Shown here one piece after another: positions 9,813-19,784 of a DNA stretch of 64,000 bases. Under the pieces are notes generated by a model, which ran no database searches, was not told the DNA's origin, and saw only the letters and a program-made list of their open reading frames with translations. The first letter of the stretch is position 1; each line of letters begins with the position of its first letter. The stretch spans positions 992,001 to 1,056,000 of the forward strand of contig CBDBHB010000008.1 in the NCBI GenBank assembly GCA_965205505.1, given 5' to 3'. The stretch comes from Acidobacteriota bacterium. Its GTDB lineage: Bacteria; Acidobacteriota; UBA890; WLXD01. Made by a program: the position numbers and the translations under genes.

Positions 9813-12800
9813 CTACTCCCGCGTGATCGTCTCGTCGAGGTTCATGATGATGCCGGCGACGTTGGCCAGGCCGCCAGCTCGATGGGGTCGTGGCCGGGAT
9901 CGTAGCTGCCCTCACCGACGGTCAGCAGCTGGTGGGCGGCCTCGGGATCGTCGCGGTACTCGTCGAGCTGCCCCTGCGCCGCCTCGACGAATGTCGGGTC
10001 GTTCAACAACACCAGCGCCTGCAGCGGCGTGTTCGTCCGTGGCCGGCGCACCGTGCACGACTCGCGGTCGGGCGCATCGAACGTATTGAGCGACGGCGGC
10101 GGCACGGTGCGCTTCCAGAACGAGTACATGCTGCGACGGTAGAGATCTTCGCCGTGGCTCGGCGTGTAAGACTGCGCCGTGAAGTGCGCGCCGTAGGCTA
10201 GCGGCTTCCACAAGTCGGCTGGTTGGTACGGAAACACGCTCGGCCCGCCGATGGCGCCGTTCAGCAACCCGCTCACCGCCAGCGCGCCATCGCGAATCAT
10301 CTCGGCGGGCAGCCGGAACCGTGACGCGCGGCTCAGCAGCCGGTTCTCTGGATCATGCTCCGCATGCCATGGCGTCAGGCGCGACGACTGCCGATAGGTA
10401 GACGAGGTGACGATCAGCCGCTGCATGGCCTTGACGTCCCACCCCGACCGGACGAACTCGGTGGCTAGCCAATCGAGCAGCTCGGGGTGGCTCGGCAGCT
10501 CGCTCCGGGTTCCGAAGTCCTCCAGCGTCTTGACCAGGCCGGTGCCGAAGTACATCTCCCAGTACCGGTTCACGGTGACCCGTGCCGTGAGCGGGTGCCC
10601 GGGGTCGACGAGCCATCGTGCCAGTCCGAGCCTGTTGGCCTCGGCGCCGGCAGGCAACGGCGGCAGCGCGCTGGGTGTGCCCGGCGAGACGGGATCAGTT
10701 TGGTTTCGATAGTCGCCCCGGCGCAGGATGAACGTCTGGCGCGGCTCCTCGCGCTCCGCCATGACCATCGTCGTGACGACGGTGTCCTCGAGCGCAGCGA
10801 GCTCGCTCCTGAGGGTCTTCAGCTGGCGGTGAGCGCGCCGGTACTGCGGCGGCGCATGCCGTGTGAGGAAGTAGTCGCGGAGCTCCTCGTCCTGCACCTC
10901 GCGCAGGTCAGTTTGCTCCTCGCTTTCGCCCACTGGCTCCTCCGACCGGTCGGTGTGTATCTCGTCGAGGATGCTCCGCACCGGCAGGTCGGTGACCAGG
11001 CGGTCGATCTCGTAGGCCTCGATCTTTCGCGCGTAGAACCTCAGGTCGTCGACCAATCCCGCATAGCCATCCACGGGCCGATCCGATCCGACATGAAGGT
11101 CGCCGCCGATCCGCAGCACGGAAGCCGACTCGATCGTCCCCTCCAAGCTGTCGTGCTCGATCACCACCTCGACCGGCCTACCATCCACGTAGAGCTGTAC
11201 ACCCGCCGCTTGGCGCGATCCGTCATAGACGATTGCCACGTGCTGCCACCGGAACATAATCAGCGGCTCCGCGCGTCCTCACCGACAGGGCGCTCGATGG
11301 CCAGTCGTGGATCAGCCGAAAGTACAGGTGTGTGCCGATATTGGCCCGTGGCAACACGATCGATTCTCCGAAGGAGACGGCGTAGCCACGGTGCCCCCTG
11401 CCCTCGTCGACCTTCGAAACGAGCGCTTAGCGAGCTTGCCTCGATGACGGGGAAACCCAGGCCGCGATCGACAACGGCTGCGCTGCGTCCAGGTCCAGCG
11501 CCGATGCATCGTCTAGATCGGCGTGCGTCTCGCCGTCGAGGTACGCCGCCTCGCCGACGCGGCCGTCGCGGTATGCGAGATACGCGCTACTGGCCTTGGC
11601 GTGCAGATAGTGCCCGCTGGTATCGGCAAGGTGGCCGTCGAACTCGAAGTGAGCGACCAGATCGTCACGTGGGGCGGTCGGGACCGTGGCCAGGGCGCCC
11701 GCCTCCCATCGCCCCTGCAGGTGGCCGATCGTCGCCTCCGGCAGCTCGTCTTCGAGCGCTTCGATCCGCGCCTCGATCGAGGTGAGTGTCCGGTCTTCGT
11801 CGGGCGTGGGCACGAGCACGAACGGCTCTGCGTTGCCGGCCTGGCCGTCCAGCCCCACCTCGTCGACGTTGTTGAAGAAGGCGAAAAAGCGATAGAAGTC
11901 TCTCTGGCTGATGGGGTCGTACTTGTGGTCGTGGCACCGGCTACACCCCATCGTCAGGCCCATCCAGACCGTCGAGGTCGTGTGGAGACGGTCGACGACA
12001 TACTCGACGAGGTATTCCTCGGGGATGGCGCCACCCTCGTAATTGATCATGTGGTTGCGGTTGAATCCCGTGGCAATCAGCTGCGCCCGCGTCGGGTCCG
12101 GCAAGAGGTCGCCGGCAAGCTGCTCGATGGTGAACCGGTCGAACGGCATGTTGGCGTTGTAGGCGTCGATCACCCCGTCACGCCAGGGCCACATGTCACG
12201 GTGACTGTCGATGTGGTAGCCGTGCGTGTCGGCGTAGCGCGCCAGATCCAACCAGCGCATCGCCATGCGCTCACCGTAGCGCGGTGAGCTCACCAATCGT
12301 TCGACCACCTTCTCGTAGGCGTCCGGCGAGTCGTCAGCCAGGTATGACTCGACCTCCGCCGGAGTGGGCGGAAGGCCGGTAAGATCGTAGGAAGCGCGTC
12401 GTATCAGGGTCGACCGGTCAGCCTCCTCCGACGGTTTCAGTCCTTCCCGCCCCAGGCGAGCGCGTACGAAAGCATCGATCGGGTTCCGGCCCCAGTCGAC
12501 GTCTGTGACCGTCGGGACCTCGGGTCGTACGGGAGCGACAAACGCCCACGGAGGCTCCCACTCGGCACCCTGATCGATCCAACTGCGGATCTTCCCGATC
12601 TCGTTCGGCGTTAGCGACAGACCCGAGCCCGCCTTCGGCATGCGGCGGTGCTCGGACTCGTCGGTGATGCGCTGGTAAAGGGCGCTCTCGGCCGCGGCAC
12701 CGGGCACGACAACGGGACCACCGAATCGACCGCGATCACCGAACAACCCCTCCTCCACGTCGAGCCGAAGTCCCCGCTGGCGCCCTGCATCATCCGGCCC

Positions 12801-13292
12801 GTGGCACACGAAGCAGTTCTCGGACAGTATCGGCCGCACGTCGAAGTCGAAATCCACGACTCGATCGCTCGTCAGCATCACCGGCACGAGCGCCACACCA
12901 GTCCCCAGTTTGGCGCCGGCGTCGATCCACGCACGGATGGACTCGATCTCACCTTCCGTCAGCGCCAGCCCGGAGCTGACGGGTGGCATACGCTCGATGC
13001 CGTCACGCGCGGTCAGCCGTCGATACAGCGTGCTGCTTCCCGCGTCTCCCGGAACGATGGTCGACAATGGACCGTCCGGCGTGTCGAGGCGAAGCTCGCT
13101 CACCCGAGTCGATTCGTCGGAGCCGTGGCACGCCAAGCAATTCGCTGCGAGAAGCGGCTGGATGTCGCGGCTGAACTCGGGTGTCGCGGACGGGGTCTGT
13201 GGCTGGGCCCGCGCCGCCGGTACGATCGCCGATAGCCCACAGGCGAGAGTTACCGCCACGATCACGGTGAAGGCAACGCGCCGTGCCATCAT
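9813..13292 (-). pseudogene. Planctomycete cytochrome c / DUF1549 / LamG / DUF1553 protein, disrupted
   Basis: CLACH, CFVCH and CSRCHDHKYDP motifs; in-frame TAA at 11427-11429; +1 frameshift near 11270; -1 frameshift near 9865 hiding the terminal NLDETITRE*; apparent deletion after FVEAA. Confidence 0.85.
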
Positions 13293-13497
13293 CGAGCTCA
13301 CCAAGTCCGCGGCGCCACATCGGCACCGCCCTGTGAGTGGGTCGCCAAGGGGCCAGTAGACCACCGAGCATCAAGCATCATTCGAATCTGGGAGTCTCAC
13401 CTGCACTTCCGAGAGGAGCATGATAGTAGCTGGCTCGTTCCTTGTGGGAAGGAGCGACCCGGTTAGGCTCGAACGCGGGTTCGAGAAAGGAGTAACT

Positions 13498-14835
13498 GTG
13501 ACTAGTGCACGATTGCTAGCCGTGTGTTGGGCTCTCGCTGGTCTCGCGATCGGCCTGGAATCCCACGCGCAGGAGTCGAAACAAAACTACGAGATCATGA
13601 GGCTCATACGTCACGAGAAAATGGATCTCATCCTGCCGGGCGCCCTGCGCGACAACAACGTCGACATGTGGATTCACGTCGTACAGAGCGGCAATATGGA
13701 TCCTCTTGCGCTGGACTTGGGCGGTTGGTTCGAATACCGAGCTTGGGAGCCGTTCGGCTACTACATCTTTACGGATCGGGGTGGTGACAGGATCGAGCGG
13801 ATAATCCTGGGTGGCGAGGACCAGGAAGGTCTCTATGACATTTCCGGTTCGGGAAGCGACCTACTGAAGCTGGTCGAGGAGCGCGATCCGGAGGTGATCG
13901 CCGTCAACATGTCGACCTCGCTTCCCATCGCGAACGGTCTTTCTCATACGGCGTACATGAGCATGATCGCAGCGTTGGGCGAGAAATACGCCCAGAGAAT
14001 CGTCTCTGCAGAACAGGTGACCACCGACTTCCGGGTCAGACGAGTGCAGCGGGAGATCATCGCATTCGCAAACGCGCTGGAGATCCAGCGACAGATCATG
14101 GAGGCGGCCCTACGGAGGATCAGACCCGGAATCACAACTCCTGAAGAAATCGGCTGGTGGGCGGCCGACCAGCTACTGGAGCAAGGAATCGGCCCCTCCT
14201 ATCAAGCGGCGACTCTGTTTCTGCCCTACATGCCGGGAGGCGCCCGAGATGGCGTGTATCAGCGCGGCGCGTTCATATCCTGGGACATGGGTATCGGTTA
14301 CTTGAACTTCGGTACCGACATCAAGCGAAACGCGTATGTCCTGAGGGACGATGAGACGGACATACCCGACGGACTAAGGCACGCCTGGGACCGCGGCATG
14401 AAGGCGCGCGAGATTCTTCGGAAGACGTTCAAGGCCGGCAGGACGGCAGGAGAATCTCTCGAGGCGATCGTCGCTGCCCTGGAAGCAGCCGATTATGTGT
14501 ATACGCCTTCCGACGATCGGACCTCGCAATACAGAGACCTGGTGACAGAGCTCGGAGACGACGAGAGGTCGGGGTTCTCGATCGACTTCCATGCCACCGG
14601 AAACACCAGCGTCGGCGACGCCACGGCAGGCCCCTCGATAGCGCCGTGGCGTTCGACGACGACCCATATCACAGTGCAGCCGAACTACATCTTCTCGCTC
14701 GAGTTCGAGCTCAATACATGGGTTCCGGAATGGAATCGGCGCATAGGCATCAACTTCGAAGACAACGCGATTGTCACCAACCTCGGTGTTGAATACCTGA
14801 GTCCTATAAACGAAAGGATCATCATCATCCGCTAG
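13498..14835 (+). CDS. M24 family (Xaa-Pro aminopeptidase-like) secreted metallopeptidase
   Basis: AAAGGAG RBS with GTG start, signal peptide, WDMGIGYLNFGTDIKRNAY, HATG, SLE, FEDN metal-ligand positions. Confidence 0.8.
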   Translation: MTSARLLAVCWALAGLAIGLESHAQESKQNYEIMRLIRHEKMDLILPGALRDNNVDMWIHVVQSGNMDPLALDLGGWFEYRAWEPFGYYIFTDRGGDRIERIILGGEDQEGLYDISGSGSDLLKLVEERDPEVIAVNMSTSLPIANGLSHTAYMSMIAALGEKYAQRIVSAEQVTTDFRVRRVQREIIAFANALEIQRQIMEAALRRIRPGITTPEEIGWWAADQLLEQGIGPSYQAATLFLPYMPGGARDGVYQRGAFISWDMGIGYLNFGTDIKRNAYVLRDDETDIPDGLRHAWDRGMKAREILRKTFKAGRTAGESLEAIVAALEAADYVYTPSDDRTSQYRDLVTELGDDERSGFSIDFHATGNTSVGDATAGPSIAPWRSTTTHITVQPNYIFSLEFELNTWVPEWNRRIGINFEDNAIVTNLGVEYLSPINERIIIIR

Positions 14836-14871
14836 GCCTGTAACAGAGGTCGTGGTCACAAAGGGGTCAAG

Positions 14872-16596
14872 GTGGACGATTCTATATCGAAGGCGACCGC
14901 GTCGAAGCTCCGCCGCCGCTGCTTCCTCACCTGCTGCGGCAGTCTCGGGCTCGGCTCGACACTCTTCCCGGGCACGTTGTGGGTCCGTTCGCAGGAGGCC
15001 GAGGAAGCGATCACCAGCGAGATGATCGCAGACGCGGCACGGATCGCCGGCCTGGAGTTCTCCGAAGAGGACCGCGCCGAGATGGTGGAGACCATCAACG
15101 CCAATCTGGCGAGCCTCGAGGAGCTGCGGCAGATTCCCATCGACCAGAACGTCCCGCCGCCCCTGTACTTCAACCCGGCCGTGCCCGGGCTAACGTTCGA
15201 CGACGAGCGCCGCCCCTTCACGCCGAGCGCACCACCCGACGTTGCGCTCCCCACCGCCATCGAAGAGGTCGCCTTTTGGCCGGTCACACATCTGGCGCGC
15301 TTGTTGGAATCGCGCCAAGTGAGCTCGGTAGAGTTGACCCGCATGTACCTCACCCGGTTGCAACACTACGACCCGGTTCTCGAGTGCGTGGTTACGCTGA
15401 CCCGGGAGCTGGCGATGGAGCAAGCCAGACGCGCCGACCGAGAGATCGACGCCGGAATGTACCGTGGCCCGTTGCACGGCATCCCGTGGGGGGTGAAGGA
15501 CCTGTTTGCGAAACGCGGCTACCCGACGACCTGGGGATCGGCAGCCTACCGCGACCAGACGATCGATCTGGATGCCACGGTGATCACGCGCCTCGAGGAG
15601 GCGGGCGCGGTGCTGGTGGCGAAGCTCTCCACCGGTGAGCTCGCCAGGGGCGACCGCTGGTTCGGCGGCCGCACTCGCAACCCGTGGAACACCGAGCAGG
15701 GATCGGGTGGGTCGTCCGCCGGGCCGGCAGCGGCGACTGCCGGCGGGCTGGTCGGCTTCGCCGTGGGCACCGAGACCCTCGGATCGATCGTCGGCCCGTC
15801 GAGAACATGCGGTATCTCGGGGATGCGCCCGACCTTCGGAAGGGTGAGCCGGCACGGCGTCATGCCAGTGAGCTGGAGTCTCGATAAGGCGGGGCCGATG
15901 TGTCGCGCCGTGGAGGACTGCGCCATCGTGTTCCATGCCATCTACGGCCCCGATGGACTCGATCTCGCGGTCGTCGACAGGCCGTTCAACTGGAACGCCG
16001 GACTCCCCGTCGAAACGCTACGAGTCGGCTACTTGCAGGATGCCTTCGAGGCCGAGCCCGGCGGGCCCGACGCGGCGACGGCGCGCGCCAACGACGCCGC
16101 AACGATCGAGACGCTGCGATCGCTGGGCATCCAGCTGCAGCCGGTCAGCCTGCCGGAGCACGCTGGCATGGACGCGCTGCAGATGCTCCTCGTCGACGAG
16201 GCGGCCGCGTTCGACGAGCTCGTGCAGAGCGGCAGGATCGACCTTCTCATCCAGGACCGCGACGAGCCGGAGGACATGCTGATGCGCACCGCCAGGCTGA
16301 CACCGGCGGTGGAGTACATCCAGATGAACCGCCTCCGTATGCTGATGATGCAGGAGATGGCCGCCGCACTGCGCGACATCGACGTCTTCGTCGCCCCCCA
16401 CGGGGGCGGCCCGATCAACAGCGCGACGAACCTGACGGGACACCCGGCCGTCACCGTCGCCAACGGGTTTACCGACGCCGGCACCCCCACGGGGATCCTC
16501 TTTGTGGGAAAGCTGTACGGCGAGGCGGAGATGCTCGCCGTTGCCAGGGAGTATCAGGAAGCCACGGACTTCCACCTCCGGCACCCGCCGCTGTAG
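14872..16596 (+). CDS. Amidase signature enzyme, Tat-like signal
   Basis: GPLHGIPWGVKDL, SGGSSAGPA, GTETLGSI catalytic motifs; RRCFL near the N-terminus. Confidence 0.92.
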   Translation: MDDSISKATASKLRRRCFLTCCGSLGLGSTLFPGTLWVRSQEAEEAITSEMIADAARIAGLEFSEEDRAEMVETINANLASLEELRQIPIDQNVPPPLYFNPAVPGLTFDDERRPFTPSAPPDVALPTAIEEVAFWPVTHLARLLESRQVSSVELTRMYLTRLQHYDPVLECVVTLTRELAMEQARRADREIDAGMYRGPLHGIPWGVKDLFAKRGYPTTWGSAAYRDQTIDLDATVITRLEEAGAVLVAKLSTGELARGDRWFGGRTRNPWNTEQGSGGSSAGPAAATAGGLVGFAVGTETLGSIVGPSRTCGISGMRPTFGRVSRHGVMPVSWSLDKAGPMCRAVEDCAIVFHAIYGPDGLDLAVVDRPFNWNAGLPVETLRVGYLQDAFEAEPGGPDAATARANDAATIETLRSLGIQLQPVSLPEHAGMDALQMLLVDEAAAFDELVQSGRIDLLIQDRDEPEDMLMRTARLTPAVEYIQMNRLRMLMMQEMAAALRDIDVFVAPHGGGPINSATNLTGHPAVTVANGFTDAGTPTGILFVGKLYGEAEMLAVAREYQEATDFHLRHPPL

Positions 16597-16625
16597 AAAT
16601 CCGGCGCCCGACAGGGTCGCCCGGG

Positions 16626-17003
16626 CTACTCCCGGCCCTTCAGAAGCTTGTCCAGCTCAGCGAAGGGGTTTTGGGTGACCGAAGATCGCTCACCGCGACG
16701 CCGCGCCGTGCCGGAGGATTCCGCGACCGCACGCCGGGAGTGCTCGTTGTCGTGGCACCAGTAACAGAGAAGCTCCCAGTTGCTGCCGTCCGGCGGGTTG
16801 TTGGTGTGATCGTGGTCCTTGTGGTGGACGGTCAGTTCGCTGAGGTTCTTGCTAACGAAATCGCGCCCGCAGCTGCCGCAAACCCAGGGCAGCAACTTCA
16901 GCGCCCGGCCGCGGTAGCTGCTGTCCCACTCGGCCCGCGCACGACGACCTTCGGCAACGATTCGATCGCTTCGACCCCGGTCTGACGGCTTGCTCGGTGC
17001 CAT
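16626..17003 (-). CDS. yajD: HNH nuclease YajD
   Basis: YRGRALKLLPWVCGSCGR...LTVHHKDHDHTNNPPDGSNWELLCYWCHDNEH...NPFAEL matches the YajD pattern. Confidence 0.9.
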   Translation of the reverse strand: MAPSKPSDRGRSDRIVAEGRRARAEWDSSYRGRALKLLPWVCGSCGRDFVSKNLSELTVHHKDHDHTNNPPDGSNWELLCYWCHDNEHSRRAVAESSGTARRRGERSSVTQNPFAELDKLLKGRE

Positions 17004-17034
17004 GGCAGCGTTCCTGCGCTCGAGTAACTCGTGC

Positions 17035-17313
17035 CTAGCAGGCCGTGGTGAAAGTGTGGTGGGTCTGGTTACGGCGAGTTGGGGCCAGATGCAAGGCGGC
17101 CTGACACAGGCGATGCCCTAGCCATCGTCGAGGAAGGCCAACGCCGCAAATGGCCCCAAATCGCCGTAACCCTTCGGGCGACAGGGGGTTGCGCGCGTAT
17201 GCTGCGTCGTTCCTCGTCAACGATGCGGTACCCATCGCCTCCTCCTCTCTCCTTGCCTCCACTTCGCAACACCCTGTCGCCAGACCCACCACACTTTCAC
17301 CACGGCCTACTAG
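17035..17313. mobile_element. Non-autonomous TIR element (MITE-like), double-arm form
   Basis: CTAG-bounded 34-bp TIRs ctagcaggccgtggtgaaagtgtggtgggtctgg (1 mismatch); two internal inverted-repeat arms joined by cccttcggg. Confidence 0.88.
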
Positions 17314-17437
17314 CTTGCCACACGAGTTCAGACTGGTGACCGTTGAGGCCGTTTCCTCCCGGCCCGGCCTTCCCGTCCGCCCCTGCGGGCCCTGTAGTTT
17401 TATCTCGCGCGCCCTGGCGATAGGCTGCATCGAGCGG

Positions 17438-19126
17438 ATGATGGAAATGACGACCCCCACCAGATTGCTGACGACCGTAACTCGTGCGATACCGCCGCCG
17501 GCGAGTAGGGCTATTGAACCCTTGTCGAAAACCGGCCGTCTCGTTGCCTGCTTGCTGTTCGTATCGTTGAACGTTGCCGTGATGGGCTCATGCGGCACCA
17601 CCGAGGGCCGGATACCGCGTCTCCGGCTCGAGGGACCGATCCCCAATACCGCAGACTCGCACACGTGGAACGGCGCCATGTGGCAGCGGCTGCCAATCGA
17701 CCTGGCCGAGTACCGCTATGTCGAGGAGGAGTACTACGTATCGGGCGGTGCTCACGTCTACGACTGGGTCCCGGACAGCGACTTCGACTTGGTGGTCTTC
17801 GACCCTGCGACCAAGAACTGGCTCCCCTACGAGGACAGGGACCTGCTCGAAGCCACCGAGTACACCACCAGAATCATGGTTCGTCGCCCGCAGAACATGA
17901 CGGAGTTCAGTGGTCGGGTCGTCGTCGAGATCATCAACATGAGCGCCGGCTACGACTGGACGGCGATCTGGGCGGCGCTGTGGGAACAGATCTTGAAGCA
18001 AGGAGACGTGTACGTCGGCGTCACCAGCAAGCCGAACGTCTTTCCCGGCATGGTCGAGTTCGACGCAGGCCGGTACGGGCGCCTGTCGATGCCCAACCCC
18101 CTACCCCCGGATGAGCAGGCCTGCGGCATGCTGCCGGGAGAGCCCGGCTACGACCCGAATCTCTCAAAGCTTTCGGAAAACGGGTTGTCATGGGACATCT
18201 TCACCCAGATCGGTACACTACTGAAGTCGAATGCCCCTCACAACCCGCTCGGGCAGGCCGCCGAACGCCTATACCTCACGGGCGAGTCGCAGTCGGGGTC
18301 GTACCTGTCTCGGTATTTCCGCTGGTTCCACCAGCGCGCCAACCTGCCCGACGGCAAGCCCGTCTACGACGGCTACCTGGCGGAAGCTGGGGGGACCACT
18401 ACAGCCCGCAGCGGCGGCCTCCATCAATGCGGGCCAGAGGTCAATCCGCTTCCCGACGATGATCCGCAGTGGAGCATTCCGGGGCGCCGTGTCCCCTATT
18501 TCGTCGTGCTCTCCGAATGGGACTTTCCGCTTGCCAACCGTAGTCCTTTCGCTTCAGCCCGCAGGCCAAATGCCAATACCGCAGACGACCAGTTCATGTT
18601 GTGGGAGCTAACCGGTGCCAGTCATGGCTGGACGTGGCAATACAACTATAGCGACGCCGCGCGGGACGATGTGGCAGCGGCTGGCTTCGGCGCCTACGAC
18701 TTCGTTTGTGATTCGAATCAGCCAGAGATCAACCTCTATATGGTCGAGAAGGCCGCCTACGTGTTGCTTGATCGTTGGGTTACCTCGGGCGTCGCTCCCC
18801 CAAACGCCGACTACATCCAGACAAGCGGTTCCGCGAACGCCCCGGGCCCGTCGCGCGACGAGTACGGCAATGCCATCGGCGGCCTGCGCATGCCGGAGAT
18901 TACTGTCCCGATTGCGAGCTACCGAGGAAACTACGTGCCGGCGCCGGACTGCAGAGACACGATCCTGCCATTCGATCAGGCCACCATCGACAAGCTCTAT
19001 CCGACGCGCGGCGACTATCTAAAGCAGTTCGAGGCGGCCACGAGAGCATTGGTCACAGAAGGCTTCCTCCTTCAGGAAGACGCCCTCAAGCTCATCAAAG
19101 CGGCGGAGCGAAGGGACATCCCTTGA
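17438..19126 (+). CDS. Alpha/beta hydrolase domain protein, probable lipoprotein
   Basis: YVEEEYYVSG, FSGRVVVE, GESQSG nucleophile elbow, GASH, RDEYGNAIGGLRMP. Start uncertain (17438-17581); the ORF-track extension lies inside the MITE. Confidence 0.8.
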   Translation: MMEMTTPTRLLTTVTRAIPPPASRAIEPLSKTGRLVACLLFVSLNVAVMGSCGTTEGRIPRLRLEGPIPNTADSHTWNGAMWQRLPIDLAEYRYVEEEYYVSGGAHVYDWVPDSDFDLVVFDPATKNWLPYEDRDLLEATEYTTRIMVRRPQNMTEFSGRVVVEIINMSAGYDWTAIWAALWEQILKQGDVYVGVTSKPNVFPGMVEFDAGRYGRLSMPNPLPPDEQACGMLPGEPGYDPNLSKLSENGLSWDIFTQIGTLLKSNAPHNPLGQAAERLYLTGESQSGSYLSRYFRWFHQRANLPDGKPVYDGYLAEAGGTTTARSGGLHQCGPEVNPLPDDDPQWSIPGRRVPYFVVLSEWDFPLANRSPFASARRPNANTADDQFMLWELTGASHGWTWQYNYSDAARDDVAAAGFGAYDFVCDSNQPEINLYMVEKAAYVLLDRWVTSGVAPPNADYIQTSGSANAPGPSRDEYGNAIGGLRMPEITVPIASYRGNYVPAPDCRDTILPFDQATIDKLYPTRGDYLKQFEAATRALVTEGFLLQEDALKLIKAAERRDIP

Positions 19127-19764
19127 GCAGCGCGGCTATCGCATTCGCTTGGGCCGTGGCCGTCGGTACCGCGGCGGCCAGTGCCGCAGCAATACCCATG
19201 GCGCAGAATCCGCAGCAGATCTTCGACCGTGCCGTCGACGACTTCCGCGCCGGGCGCATCAGCGAATCGGCGGCCGGATTCGACCGGCTGGCCGAGTTGC
19301 TTCCCAACTACGCACCTCAGCTCTGGCAGAGGGGCGTCGCCCTCTATTACGCAGGGCGCTACCAAGACTGCCGCGAGCAGTTCGAAGCGCACCGCACCGT
19401 CAATCCGAACGACGTCGAGAACGCCGCTTGGCACTTCCTCTGCGTCGCCCGCGCCGAGACCCTGGAGGCAGCGCGCGCCGCCCTGCTGCCCGTGGGGCCC
19501 GACCGGCGGACACCAATGACGGAGATCTACGGGATGTTTCGCGGCGACCTCGCCCCCGAGGAGGTACTCGCAGCTGCCGGCGGCCGGTCCTCGGCCCAAT
19601 TCTACGCCCACCTCTACTTGGGTCTGTACTTCGAGGCATCGGGACACGACGAAGCGGCATTCGAGCACATCGCTGCCGCCGCCGATGAGCAATATGCCAG
19701 GATGGGCGGCTACATGTACATGGTCGCCAGCGTGCACCTTGGCGGCTTGCAGCGGCACGACTAG
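19123..19764 (+). CDS. TPR-repeat protein (NlpI-like)
   Basis: TTG start overlapping the upstream TGA; LWQRGVALYYAG, VNPNDVENAAWHFLC, FYAHLYLGLYFE. Confidence 0.8.
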   Translation: MSSAAIAFAWAVAVGTAAASAAAIPMAQNPQQIFDRAVDDFRAGRISESAAGFDRLAELLPNYAPQLWQRGVALYYAGRYQDCREQFEAHRTVNPNDVENAAWHFLCVARAETLEAARAALLPVGPDRRTPMTEIYGMFRGDLAPEEVLAAAGGRSSAQFYAHLYLGLYFEASGHDEAAFEHIAAAADEQYARMGGYMYMVASVHLGGLQRHD

Positions 19765-19784
19765 TGCTAGCAGGGTGCTAGAGA

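Noticed and set aside
11427-11429. In-frame TAA as recoding
   Set aside because: It is accompanied by two frameshifts and a probable deletion, so this is ordinary pseudogenisation.
8168-17313. TIR elements as integron attC sites
   Set aside because: They lack RYYYAAC/GTTRRRY ends, there is no integrase, and flanking genes are in mixed orientation.
16626-17313. YajD HNH nuclease as the mobiliser of the adjacent element
   Set aside because: YajD is a conserved stand-alone gene outside the TIRs, and other copies have no HNH neighbour.
17035-17679. ORFs through the MITEs sharing peptide similarity (17035-17679, the 5' part of 17150-19126, 61591-61935, 61728-62228)
   Set aside because: The similarity comes from the DNA repeat itself, not from a protein family.
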